From Devosia sp. (GTDB lineage: Bacteria > Pseudomonadota > Alphaproteobacteria > Rhizobiales > Devosiaceae), in contig JBDTLB010000083.1 in assembly GCA_039934955.1 (NCBI GenBank), positions 23,492 to 87,491 of the forward strand: a stretch of 64,000 bases of DNA, given 5' to 3'. The notes under the pieces were generated by a model. It ran no database searches and was not told the origin of the DNA. It was given only the letters and a program-made list of their open reading frames with translations. Below are positions 9,605 to 17,628 of the stretch, piece after piece. How positions within the stretch are numbered: the first letter of the stretch is position 1; every line of letters begins with the position of its first letter. The translations under genes were made by a program, and so were the position numbers.

Positions 9605-9700
9605 TTGTCCGGTTTCCGGACTTTGCAGAGCGTTTCTCCCTCTGTTTGACGCCTCCCTGTTAACTTCGAGAGCCGCCTTCTGACGGCTCTTTTTCTTTTC
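9605..9700 (+). ncRNA. Candidate trans-acting small RNA upstream of rcdA
   Basis: Two hairpins (9607-9621, 9625-9645), CUCCC anti-SD motifs and an intrinsic terminator; no ORF; directly downstream of the CtrA box. The 5' end is estimated. Confidence 0.6.
9668..9700 (+). terminator. Intrinsic terminator of the candidate sRNA
   Basis: AGAGCCG-ccttctga-CGGCTCT followed by TTTTCTTTT. Confidence 0.8.
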
Positions 9701-9713
9701 AGGGCTGCCCACA

Positions 9714-9729
9714 TTAAGCCTCCCTCAAC
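9714..9729. promoter_or_regulatory. Near-consensus CtrA box at the rcdA promoter
   Basis: TTAA-GCCTCCC-TCAAC, about 55 bp upstream of the rcdA ATG. Confidence 0.55.
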
Positions 9730-9783
9730 GCCGACCATGCGACACAGGAGCTTGCCTTGTTCGCGAGGCACGGGTGCATTGGC

Positions 9784-10308
9784 ATGAGTGATCGCAACGA
9801 CAATCCGGCTGTGGCACTGGGGCCACGCATCGTCGCTTCAGGCGGCTTCACCGCACTTTACCGCGAAGGCATGACCCTGATCGAGGACGTCGCCGCCTAT
9901 CTCGATGGCGACGGCCGCACCGAAAGCCGCGGCCTGCCACGCGAAGTGTCGTTCGTTTACGCCACCGAATCCATGCGTCTCACCACCCGATTGATGCAAC
10001 TCGCCTCTTGGTTGCTGTTGCAGCGCGCCGTCAACGAAGGCGAACTCACTGCCGAAAATGCCCGCCTCGAAAAGGAAAAGGTAAAATTCTCCGCCACGCC
10101 CACCGAACGCGGCGGCCCCGGTTACTCCACCATGCCCGAGCGGCTGCGCGACTACATCGCCCTGGGTGACCGGCTGTTCGAGCGGGTGCTGCAATTCGAC
10201 AAGCTCGAACGCGGCGGTATCTCGGAAATCACGCCGCCCGCCACCGAAGGTTCGATCGGCGATCAGCTGTCGCGACTGAAAGCCGCCTTCGGCAAACTGC
10301 AGAGCTGA
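9784..10308 (+). CDS. rcdA: Regulator of CtrA degradation RcdA (DUF1465)
   Basis: YATESMRLTTRLMQLASWLLLQRAV signature, C-terminal RLKAAFG tail; convergent with rpmE. Confidence 0.9.
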   Translation: MSDRNDNPAVALGPRIVASGGFTALYREGMTLIEDVAAYLDGDGRTESRGLPREVSFVYATESMRLTTRLMQLASWLLLQRAVNEGELTAENARLEKEKVKFSATPTERGGPGYSTMPERLRDYIALGDRLFERVLQFDKLERGGISEITPPATEGSIGDQLSRLKAAFGKLQS

Positions 10309-10315
10309 TGGCAAC

Positions 10316-10342
10316 AAAAAACCCCGCCGAAGCAGGGTTTTT
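10316..10342. terminator. Bidirectional terminator between rcdA and rpmE
   Basis: AAAAAACCCCGC-CGAA-GCAGGGTTTTT. Confidence 0.75.
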
Positions 10343-10362
10343 CAAATCCAAGATCGTTCGGA

Positions 10363-10584
10363 TCAGATCCCGAGACCCTTGAAGCGCTCCTTGAAGCGGC
10401 TGACGCGGCCACCACGGTCGAGCAGATTGCCCTGCACGCCGGTCCAGGCCGGATGGGTACTGGGATCGATGTCGAGCTGCAGCGTGTCACCCTCTTTGCC
10501 GTAGGTCGAACGCGTCTGGTACTTGGTGCCATCGGTCGTCACCACATTGATCAAGTGGTAGTCCGGGTGGATGTCTTTCTTCAT
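10363..10584 (-). CDS. rpmE: 50S ribosomal protein L31 (Cys-free type)
   Basis: [16 protein letters not shown] and GGRVSRF motifs. Confidence 0.97.
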   Translation of the reverse strand: MKKDIHPDYHLINVVTTDGTKYQTRSTYGKEGDTLQLDIDPSTHPAWTGVQGNLLDRGGRVSRFKERFKGLGI

Positions 10585-10705
10585 GGCAGAGCCTCAAATC
10601 AAACGGGCGCACAGGGCGCCCGGCGAGCCGCAAACGGATAAGTTGGCGGGTCTCTACAGAAAAAACTGCGGCCCGGCAAGGGGCGAGCCGCCGCAGCACC
10701 CGGCA

Positions 10706-10854
10706 GTTGGCCCGAGCGAGCCCTCTTGGGATCGATCGGCCAGAGCAACGAAAGACACTCGGTTTGCCGAGCGAGCGCTCCTAGGCTCGTTCGGACAGCG
10801 CGCACACCCAGCGGTTGGCCGAGCGAGCCTATATTAGGTTCGTTCGGACCGAGC
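10706..10854. repeat. Tandem array of 3 palindromic units (family A, locus 1)
   Basis: Units GTTGGCCGAGCGAGCC..(T)TGGGATCG.TCGG.CAGAGC start at about 10706, 10762 and 10814. Confidence 0.8.
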
Positions 10855-10910
10855 GCGAAGAATGAACTCGGGTTGCGGCGCTCCGGCCATCTGCCTATAT
10901 CGGTGGCACC

Positions 10911-12755
10911 TTGAGCACCCCCACCCAGCAAGCTTCCGCCAGTTCCTCCCCGCCGCGGCTTGGCCGCAAGGGTGAAGCACAGCTCCGTATCGACCCTAAA
11001 TCGCTGCAACCGCTCCGCCGGCTTGTCCCGTTCATCCTGCGCTATCGCGGCCGGGTGATCCTGACGATCGTCTTCCTGCTGGTCGCCGCGATCTCGACGC
11101 TGATCATCCCGGCCCTCGCCGGCAAGGTCGTCGACCTCGGCTTCGTCGAAAAAAACCTCGACATGATGACCCGCTACAGCTGGGTCATCGTCGCGGTCGC
11201 CGCCATCGTCGCCTTCGCCAGCGCGGCCCGCTTCTATTTCGTCTCGGTCCTCGGCGAGCGTGTCCTCACCGATTTGCGCCGCGCCGTCTTCGACCATCTG
11301 CTGACACTCGACGCGACCTTCTACGACATGCACCGCGTCGGCGAACTCACCTCCCGCCTCAATGGCGACGTTGCCACCATTCGCGGCGCCATCGGCTCCA
11401 GCCTGTCGATGACACTGCGTGGTCTCGTCACCATCGTTGGCGCCGTCGCCCTGATGTTCATCACCAGCTGGTGGCTGGCCCTCGCCGTGGTCGTCGTCGC
11501 TCCGGCGGTCATCATCCCGGTGATCATTCTCGCCCGCCGCCTCCGCCGCATGTCGCGCCGCACTCAGGACGCACTCGCCGAAATGTCCGCGATGGCCACC
11601 GAAGCGCTTGGCGCCAGCAAGACGATCAAGAGTTTCGTCCAGGAGCCCTATCAATCAGACGACTACGGCCGTCGCGCCGAAGAATCCTATCGCGCCGAAG
11701 TCACCCGCCTCGGCGGTCGCGCCGCGATGATCGGCGGCATCATGTTCGGCGTCGTCGTCGGCCTCGTCGTGCTGATCTGGTGGGGCGCCAAATCGGTGTT
11801 CGACGGCTCGGTGTCTACCGGCCAACTCACCCAGTTCATGATCTACGCCCTGATGGCCACCAATGCCCTGAGCTCGATCTCGGAAGTCATGGGCTCGCTG
11901 CAGACCGTCTCTGGCGCCACCGAACGCCTGATCGAAATCCTCGACACCAAGGCCGGCATCGTTGCGCCCACCAAGCCTGTGGCACTGCCCATTCCGCCGC
12001 GCGGCACCATCGCCTTCGAATGCGTAAGCTTCTCCTACGAGACCCGCGACAACGAGCAGGTGCTGAGCGACCTGGATTTCGCTGTGGAGACCGGCGAAAC
12101 CGTCGCGCTTGTCGGCGCATCGGGAGCCGGCAAGAGCACCGTCTTCGCCCTCGCGCAGCGCTTCTACGACGTCAGCGCCGGCCGCATCCTGGTCGATGGC
12201 GTCGACATCCGCGACACCGACCCCGCCGATCTGCGTCGCCACTTCGCCTATGTCGAGCAGGAGCCAACGATCTTTGCCGGCACCGTCACCGACAACATCC
12301 GCTTCGGTAAACCCGACGCAACACTGTCCGAGATCGAGGCCGCGGCCAAAGCTGCCCTGGTCCACGATTTCGTCAGCCTGCTCGAACATGGCTACGATTC
12401 TATGGTTGGCGAGCGCGGCGTCATGCTCTCGGGCGGCCAGAAGCAGCGTCTCGCCATCGCCCGCGCACTGCTCAAGGACGCCCCGATCCTCTTGCTGGAC
12501 GAAGCCACCTCAGCCCTCGACGCTGAGAGTGAGCGCCTCGTCCAGATCGCCCTCGAGCGCCTGATGCAGGGCCGCACCACCCTCGTCATCGCCCACCGCC
12601 TTGCCACCATCCGCGATGCCGACCGCATTCTGGTCCTCGACCACGGCCGGCTCATCGACCAGGGCACGCACGACGAGTTGGTGATGAAAGGCGGTCGCTA
12701 CGCCGAACTCGCCCGCCTGCAGTTCCGCCTCGAAGAACCCCGCGCCGCGGAATAG
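10911..12755 (+). CDS. ABC exporter, fused TMD-NBD (MsbA/ABCB-like)
   Basis: Six-TM domain, GASGAGKST, LSGGQKQR, LLLDEATSALD, IAHRL. Confidence 0.93.
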   Translation: MSTPTQQASASSSPPRLGRKGEAQLRIDPKSLQPLRRLVPFILRYRGRVILTIVFLLVAAISTLIIPALAGKVVDLGFVEKNLDMMTRYSWVIVAVAAIVAFASAARFYFVSVLGERVLTDLRRAVFDHLLTLDATFYDMHRVGELTSRLNGDVATIRGAIGSSLSMTLRGLVTIVGAVALMFITSWWLALAVVVVAPAVIIPVIILARRLRRMSRRTQDALAEMSAMATEALGASKTIKSFVQEPYQSDDYGRRAEESYRAEVTRLGGRAAMIGGIMFGVVVGLVVLIWWGAKSVFDGSVSTGQLTQFMIYALMATNALSSISEVMGSLQTVSGATERLIEILDTKAGIVAPTKPVALPIPPRGTIAFECVSFSYETRDNEQVLSDLDFAVETGETVALVGASGAGKSTVFALAQRFYDVSAGRILVDGVDIRDTDPADLRRHFAYVEQEPTIFAGTVTDNIRFGKPDATLSEIEAAAKAALVHDFVSLLEHGYDSMVGERGVMLSGGQKQRLAIARALLKDAPILLLDEATSALDAESERLVQIALERLMQGRTTLVIAHRLATIRDADRILVLDHGRLIDQGTHDELVMKGGRYAELARLQFRLEEPRAAE

Positions 12756-12779
12756 CTCTTCGGTCGCTGGACCGCCGCT

Positions 12780-13805
12780 CTAGCCGTCCGTCAGCTTGAA
12801 CTCGATACGCCTGTTCTTGGCCAGTGCTTCGTCGCTGTCGCCGGTATCGATCGGGCGGCTGTCGCCGAAACCGGCGGCGACGAGGTGCTGCGCCGATACG
12901 CCGTTGGCGACGAGATATTTCGTCACCGCAATGGCGCGCGCCGCGCTCAGCTCCCAGTTCGATGGGAACTCGACCGTGTTGATCGGCCGCTTGTCGGTAT
13001 GCCCGTCGATGCGGAGCACCCAGTTGATGTCGGCGGGGATCTCGCCCTGCAGCTGCTTGATCGCCCCGGCGAGTTCATCCATCGCCGCCAGCCCCTCCGG
13101 CGACACCGCCGCCTCGCCGGGTGCGAACAGCACTTCCGACTGGAACACGAAGCGGTCGCCCACCACCCGCACGTCGGCCCGCCCCTCGAGGATCTTGCGC
13201 AGACGTCCGAAGAAGTCCGAGCGATACTGCGACAGATCCTGCACACGCTGCGCCAGCGCCACATTGAGGCGCCGCCCTAGATCGGCGATCTGCGTCTTGC
13301 TTTCCGTCACGCCCACTTCCGACGCATTGAGCGCCTGCTCCAGCGCACCGATCTGTGTGCGCAAAGCCGCGAGCTGCTGGTTCAGCAGCGCCACCTGCGC
13401 CGCCGCCTCGTCCGACAGATCTTTCTGCTTGGTGAGATCGCTGGTCAGCCCCGCGATCTTGGTGTCCTTGCCGTCATCGACGCCAATCCCGGCGATCTGC
13501 CCCTGCAGCTTGTCGCGCTGCGTGGTCGTATCGGCCAGCGTCGCCTGCAGCGCCGCGAGATTTCCGGTGAGATCGGTGTTGTTGCTGCGTTCCATCTGCA
13601 GAAGATCGGTCAACTCTGCGATCTGAGAGTTGAGCCGCGTCATCGCGGTGTCCTTGCCCTGAATTTCCTGGCCCAGGAAGAACTGCGTCAGCATGAACAG
13701 CGACAGCAGGAAGATGATGACCAGCAGCAGCGACGACAGGGCGTCAACGAACCCTGGCCAGTAGTTGGTGACCTGCGACCGGCGGTTGCGGCTCAACGAC
13801 GCCAT
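12780..13805 (-). CDS. MotB/OmpA-like peptidoglycan-binding membrane protein with coiled coil
   Basis: WPGFVDAL TM with Asp, long heptad region, GHTD, NWELSAARA and KNRRIE OmpA-C motifs. Confidence 0.88.
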   Translation of the reverse strand: MASLSRNRRSQVTNYWPGFVDALSSLLLVIIFLLSLFMLTQFFLGQEIQGKDTAMTRLNSQIAELTDLLQMERSNNTDLTGNLAALQATLADTTTQRDKLQGQIAGIGVDDGKDTKIAGLTSDLTKQKDLSDEAAAQVALLNQQLAALRTQIGALEQALNASEVGVTESKTQIADLGRRLNVALAQRVQDLSQYRSDFFGRLRKILEGRADVRVVGDRFVFQSEVLFAPGEAAVSPEGLAAMDELAGAIKQLQGEIPADINWVLRIDGHTDKRPINTVEFPSNWELSAARAIAVTKYLVANGVSAQHLVAAGFGDSRPIDTGDSDEALAKNRRIEFKLTDG

Positions 13806-13833
13806 GCGTTAGTTCCCTTTGACAGTCGGTCCC

Positions 13834-13936
13834 GCACGGCCCCGAAAGAGTGCAGACTTTTCGGATAAGGCCATGCGCAAGAAAGACCTAACTGGATTGG
13901 AATTGCGCCTTTTCCGCGCAATTCCAATTCAGTTAG
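13834..13936. repeat. Two-hairpin rhizobial-type palindromic element (family B, copy 1)
   Basis: GCACGGCC-CCGAAAGAGTGCAGACTTTTCGG-ATAA-GGCCATGC plus a 21-bp inverted repeat (20/21 match) at 13888-13936. Confidence 0.75.
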
Positions 13937-14921
13937 GCCGGCTTTGGTCTTCGCGCAGCATCGCCTCGATCAGTTCGCGGAGCTTCTTGTTGGTATCGCC
14001 CTGCTCTTCGATGTGGATGCGGAGGTCCGCCTGCTCAGCCCGGATATGCTTGACCAGCCCGTCGATGCCTTTGGCGAGTTCCGCCATGGCGCGAATGGCG
14101 TTCTGCGAGGAATCCGAATTGCCGATAGTAGACCCGAGCCGGTCGAGCATTGCCGACATTTCTTCGCCCGGCAGCCCAAGTCCCGTCGCCTGCATCTGCG
14201 TCATCGGATGATCGAGTTCGGTCATCGAGGTCATCCAATCCTCGAGATCGGTATAGAACGCATTCTGCGCCTGGCTCGCTTGCAGATCGAGAAAGCCGAG
14301 GATCAGCGAGCCGCTGAGGCCGAGCAGCGAGGCCGAGAACGCTGTGCCCATGCCGCCGAGCGGCGCCGCGAGGCCTTGCTTCAGATTGGCGAACAGGCTG
14401 GCTGAATCGCCGGTCGAGGTATCGAGTGCATTGATCGTATCGGCGACGTGAGTCACCGTTTCGAGCAGGCCGTAGAATGTGCCGAGCAGACCGAGGAACA
14501 CCAGGAGGCCGGTGAGATACCGCGATGTGTCCTTGGCTTCATCGAGCCGGTTGCCGACCGAATCGAGGATCGAACGCATTGACGACGGCGTGATCACCGC
14601 TTCGCCCAGCCGGTCGCGCAGCAGCCCGGCCACCGGGGCCAGCAGCATCGGCTGGCGCACGCGCGCCATGGTGCCGTCCTGCATCGAGTTGACCCATTTG
14701 ATCTCTGGGAACAGGCGCATCACCTGCCGGAAGCTGAGCACCACGCCTATTGCCGCCACGACGACAATCAGACTGTTGATGAACGGGTTCGCCCAGAAGA
14801 AGGTGATGATCGACTGGCTGAGGATGGCCACCACCAGCCCCACGATGACCAGAAACACCACCATCTTGATGAGGTAGATCGTCGGGCTCTTGAGATGATA
14901 CGGATCGTAACTCTGCGACAT
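13929..14921 (-). CDS. MotA/TolQ/ExbB-family proton channel-like protein
   Basis: FLGLLGTFYGL and GMGTAFSASLLGL TM motifs; upstream of the MotB-like gene. Alternative start at 14954. Confidence 0.8.
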   Translation of the reverse strand: MSQSYDPYHLKSPTIYLIKMVVFLVIVGLVVAILSQSIITFFWANPFINSLIVVVAAIGVVLSFRQVMRLFPEIKWVNSMQDGTMARVRQPMLLAPVAGLLRDRLGEAVITPSSMRSILDSVGNRLDEAKDTSRYLTGLLVFLGLLGTFYGLLETVTHVADTINALDTSTGDSASLFANLKQGLAAPLGGMGTAFSASLLGLSGSLILGFLDLQASQAQNAFYTDLEDWMTSMTELDHPMTQMQATGLGLPGEEMSAMLDRLGSTIGNSDSSQNAIRAMAELAKGIDGLVKHIRAEQADLRIHIEEQGDTNKKLRELIEAMLREDQSRPN

Positions 14922-15027
14922 GGCCCCGGCCGGTTCGGCGTCTCTATTGCTCAAACACTAGTCACACCATTCCGGCGTGACAATGGCTTGGCAGCGGAGC
15001 TTCCAAGGCAGAATGGCTCTTTCGTCG

Positions 15028-15822
15028 CTATTTGACGCCCTTGATGAGCTTGAGCAACTGACCCTGGATGGTTTCGTTGCCGGCAACGACTTCGCCATTC
15101 CAGATGCTGGCGTTACCGCCTGAATAGTCGGTCATCGTGCCACCCGCCTCGCGCAGAAGCAGCCAGCCAGGCGCCACGTCCCATGGCGCGAGTCGCGCTT
15201 CCCAATATCCGTCGAGCCGTCCGGCAGCGAGCCAGGCGAGATCGGTCGAAGCCGAGCCGGTACGCCGGATGCCCGCCGTCGCCGGCGAGATCATGCCGAG
15301 CTGACGAAGCTGCAGCGCGTCGTTCGCCGTGCCGGTGGTCTTGATGCCGGTGCCGATGACTGTATCGGCCAGATGCTTGCGCGTCGCGACACGCAGCCGC
15401 TTCTTCTCGTCGAGCCAGGCGCCACCGCCCTTTTCCGTGACGTAGAGTTCCTCGCTGATCGGGTTGTAGATGACGGACGCGACAATTTCGTCGCCGCGCT
15501 GCAGCGCGATCGCCACAGCGAACAGCGGAATACCGTGCATAAAGTTCGTCGTGCCGTCGAGTGGATCGATGATCCAGCGATGCTGCCCATCGCTGCCCTT
15601 GATCTCGCCGCCCTCTTCCATCAGGAAGCCATAGGTCGGCCGCGCCTTGCTCAGCTCAGCGTGGACGATCTTCTCCGCCGACCTGTCAGCATTGGTGACG
15701 AAATCGGCCGGCCCCTTCACCGAGACCTGCAGATTTTCGATCTCACCAAAATCCTTGGTGAGCGAGCGCCCCGCCTTGAAGGCGGCAGTTACCATGACAT
15801 TGAGAAGCGCCGAACGGGCCAT
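15028..15822 (-). CDS. suhB: Inositol monophosphatase SuhB
   Basis: DFVTNAD, WIIDPLDGTTNF and PWDVA motifs. Confidence 0.93.
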   Translation of the reverse strand: MARSALLNVMVTAAFKAGRSLTKDFGEIENLQVSVKGPADFVTNADRSAEKIVHAELSKARPTYGFLMEEGGEIKGSDGQHRWIIDPLDGTTNFMHGIPLFAVAIALQRGDEIVASVIYNPISEELYVTEKGGGAWLDEKKRLRVATRKHLADTVIGTGIKTTGTANDALQLRQLGMISPATAGIRRTGSASTDLAWLAAGRLDGYWEARLAPWDVAPGWLLLREAGGTMTDYSGGNASIWNGEVVAGNETIQGQLLKLIKGVK

Positions 15823-15877
15823 AACGCGGTAAACCTTACGGGAGAGGCGCGTTCTCTGCCCTAGAACCTCTAACGGT

Positions 15878-16963
15878 TCAAGTGCCCGCCGGCTTGTTCG
15901 AGCTCACCGACGCGGCGGCGGCCTTCTCGCGCGCCCGTTCAGCGGCCACATCTTCCGCGGTCGGCGGCCGCGTTGGCCAGAACCGCGCCAACTCTTCTGC
16001 GCTGTTGAGATCGTCCTGCGAAATCGTCGCCAACAGCTTGTCGAGCAGCGGGTCGGTTAGCCCCTGCCGCCGTGACAGCGCCCGCCACATGGCGGCCTGT
16101 TTGAGGTCGACATCCACCCCTTCCCCGGCCGCCAGCAGCTTGGCGTAGCGGTTCTGCGCCACCGGATTGCCGGCATTGGCCGCCCGCTCGTACCAGCCAA
16201 CGGCTTCCTTCAGGTTCTTTTCGATCCCCTGCCCCAGATACAGCTGTGTCGCGTAGTCGATCTCGGCCTCAATCAGACCCTGCCCTGCGGCGAGCCCAAT
16301 CTGCCGCACGCCCTCGGCGGGATTGGGCGCCACCCCGGCGCCCTCCAGCAGCATCGAGCCATAATCGTATTGCGCTTCCGCAAGCCCGGCATCCGCCGCC
16401 GACTTCATCAGCGTCGCGGCCGCCGAGAGGCTCGGCGATACGTCGGTGCCCACCACATGCAACAGCGCCAAATTGTACTCGGCCGGCGGATAGCCCTTGT
16501 CGGCCGCCTGCTTGAACAACTCGCCCGCCCGTGCCCGGTTCTTCGGCACGCCGTCACCATTGAGATAGAGGAGGCCAAGCTCGAACGCCGCCATGCGGTC
16601 GCCGTTCTTGGCGGCAAGCGCATACCAGCTCGAGGCGCGCGCCAAGTTCTCCGAGACACCAAGGCCCTTGGCATAAATCTCGGCGATCAGCGTCTGCGCG
16701 GCCGGATCCGCCTGCTCCGCGCGCGGCAGCGCCAGCGCCAGCGCGGTCAGGAAAAAGCCGCGCTGGAACGCTCCGAACGCCTCGTCGGTTTTGGTGAAAA
16801 TATCGCGGCTGATCGCCAGCGCATCGGACGTGCCCGACTCGGGCGTTGGCAGCGTGTTGTCCAGCGCCATCGAATTATCGATCACCGCCCGTTCGCTCGG
16901 CCCTTGGGCCGCCAGCGCCGGTGACACCACCAGCAGAAGCAGGGCGGCCGCAAGCTGCTTCAC
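15878..16963 (-). CDS. Secreted Sel1-repeat protein
   Basis: Signal peptide and multiple Sel1 repeats (A..LG.LY..G.GV.KN...A..WY..AA..G). Confidence 0.88.
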   Translation of the reverse strand: MKQLAAALLLLVVSPALAAQGPSERAVIDNSMALDNTLPTPESGTSDALAISRDIFTKTDEAFGAFQRGFFLTALALALPRAEQADPAAQTLIAEIYAKGLGVSENLARASSWYALAAKNGDRMAAFELGLLYLNGDGVPKNRARAGELFKQAADKGYPPAEYNLALLHVVGTDVSPSLSAAATLMKSAADAGLAEAQYDYGSMLLEGAGVAPNPAEGVRQIGLAAGQGLIEAEIDYATQLYLGQGIEKNLKEAVGWYERAANAGNPVAQNRYAKLLAAGEGVDVDLKQAAMWRALSRRQGLTDPLLDKLLATISQDDLNSAEELARFWPTRPPTAEDVAAERAREKAAAASVSSNKPAGT

Positions 16964-17565
16964 GGTGCCGTCCCCAGTGCCTTGGCAATGGCCTCAAGCC
17001 GGGCTGTTACGCCTTCGGGGGCCGTCCACAAGCTGTCGCCGAGCGCAATGAACTCGCCGCCCTCCGCGGTCGCCGTTTCAGCCGTTGCGGCAGGATCCGA
17101 AAGCACGCCCGGTATTTCCATAATCTCCGCCCACCAGCGCGCCATTTCGCGCTGCTCGGGATCTCTAGGGCCGGAAAGCGGCCCAAAAAAGATATAATCC
17201 GGCCCCAGCTCGCCCTTGCTCATTGCGTCGTGCCGCGATGCGACACTGCCGGCCCCGACGATGAAATCGGGCTTCAGAGCGGCCGCTGCTGCCTTCACAT
17301 CACCGACGCCTCCCTCGACATGAAGTCCGTCGACCCCGAGCATCCGCACCAGCCCTGGATCGCCCTCGATCAGCACCGCAACCCCAGCGGCCTGCGCCCG
17401 GGGGGCGATCGCTTTAACCAGCGTTTTGTAGGCGCCCTCGCCCCGCTTGCCGCGCTGCAGCAGCAGCGCCGCCACAGGCGCGGCCGAAATGGCCTCGTCC
17501 AGCATCTGCAGACAGGTCGCGGGGTCGGCCTCGGCCGGGGCAATAAGGAAAATTTGGGCAGTCAT
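16960..17565 (-). CDS. Thiamine-phosphate-synthase-like protein (ThiE fold, divergent)
   Basis: GVDGLHV, SRHDAM, DYIFFG and WWAEIMEIP motifs; typical position next to fba and the Sel1 gene. Confidence 0.75.
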   Translation of the reverse strand: MTAQIFLIAPAEADPATCLQMLDEAISAAPVAALLLQRGKRGEGAYKTLVKAIAPRAQAAGVAVLIEGDPGLVRMLGVDGLHVEGGVGDVKAAAAALKPDFIVGAGSVASRHDAMSKGELGPDYIFFGPLSGPRDPEQREMARWWAEIMEIPGVLSDPAATAETATAEGGEFIALGDSLWTAPEGVTARLEAIAKALGTAP

Positions 17566-17628
17566 GGCGGCCTTATAGCTAAGACCTCTCTATCTGACTG
17601 CAAATTCTGGCAGCAAATGGGACGACGG

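Noticed and set aside
10363-10584. Cys-free L31 as a zinc-starvation paralog
   Set aside because: The Cys-free form is the usual single L31 in this group; no Zur box was evident.
10706-10854. Family A arrays as CRISPR arrays
   Set aside because: Units are degenerate, linkers are only about 5-15 bp, there are 2-3 units per locus, and no cas genes or leader are present.
12780-14921. Zorya ZorAB or flagellar motAB
   Set aside because: No zorC/D/E, no very long ZorA tail and no flagellar genes; the context is housekeeping.
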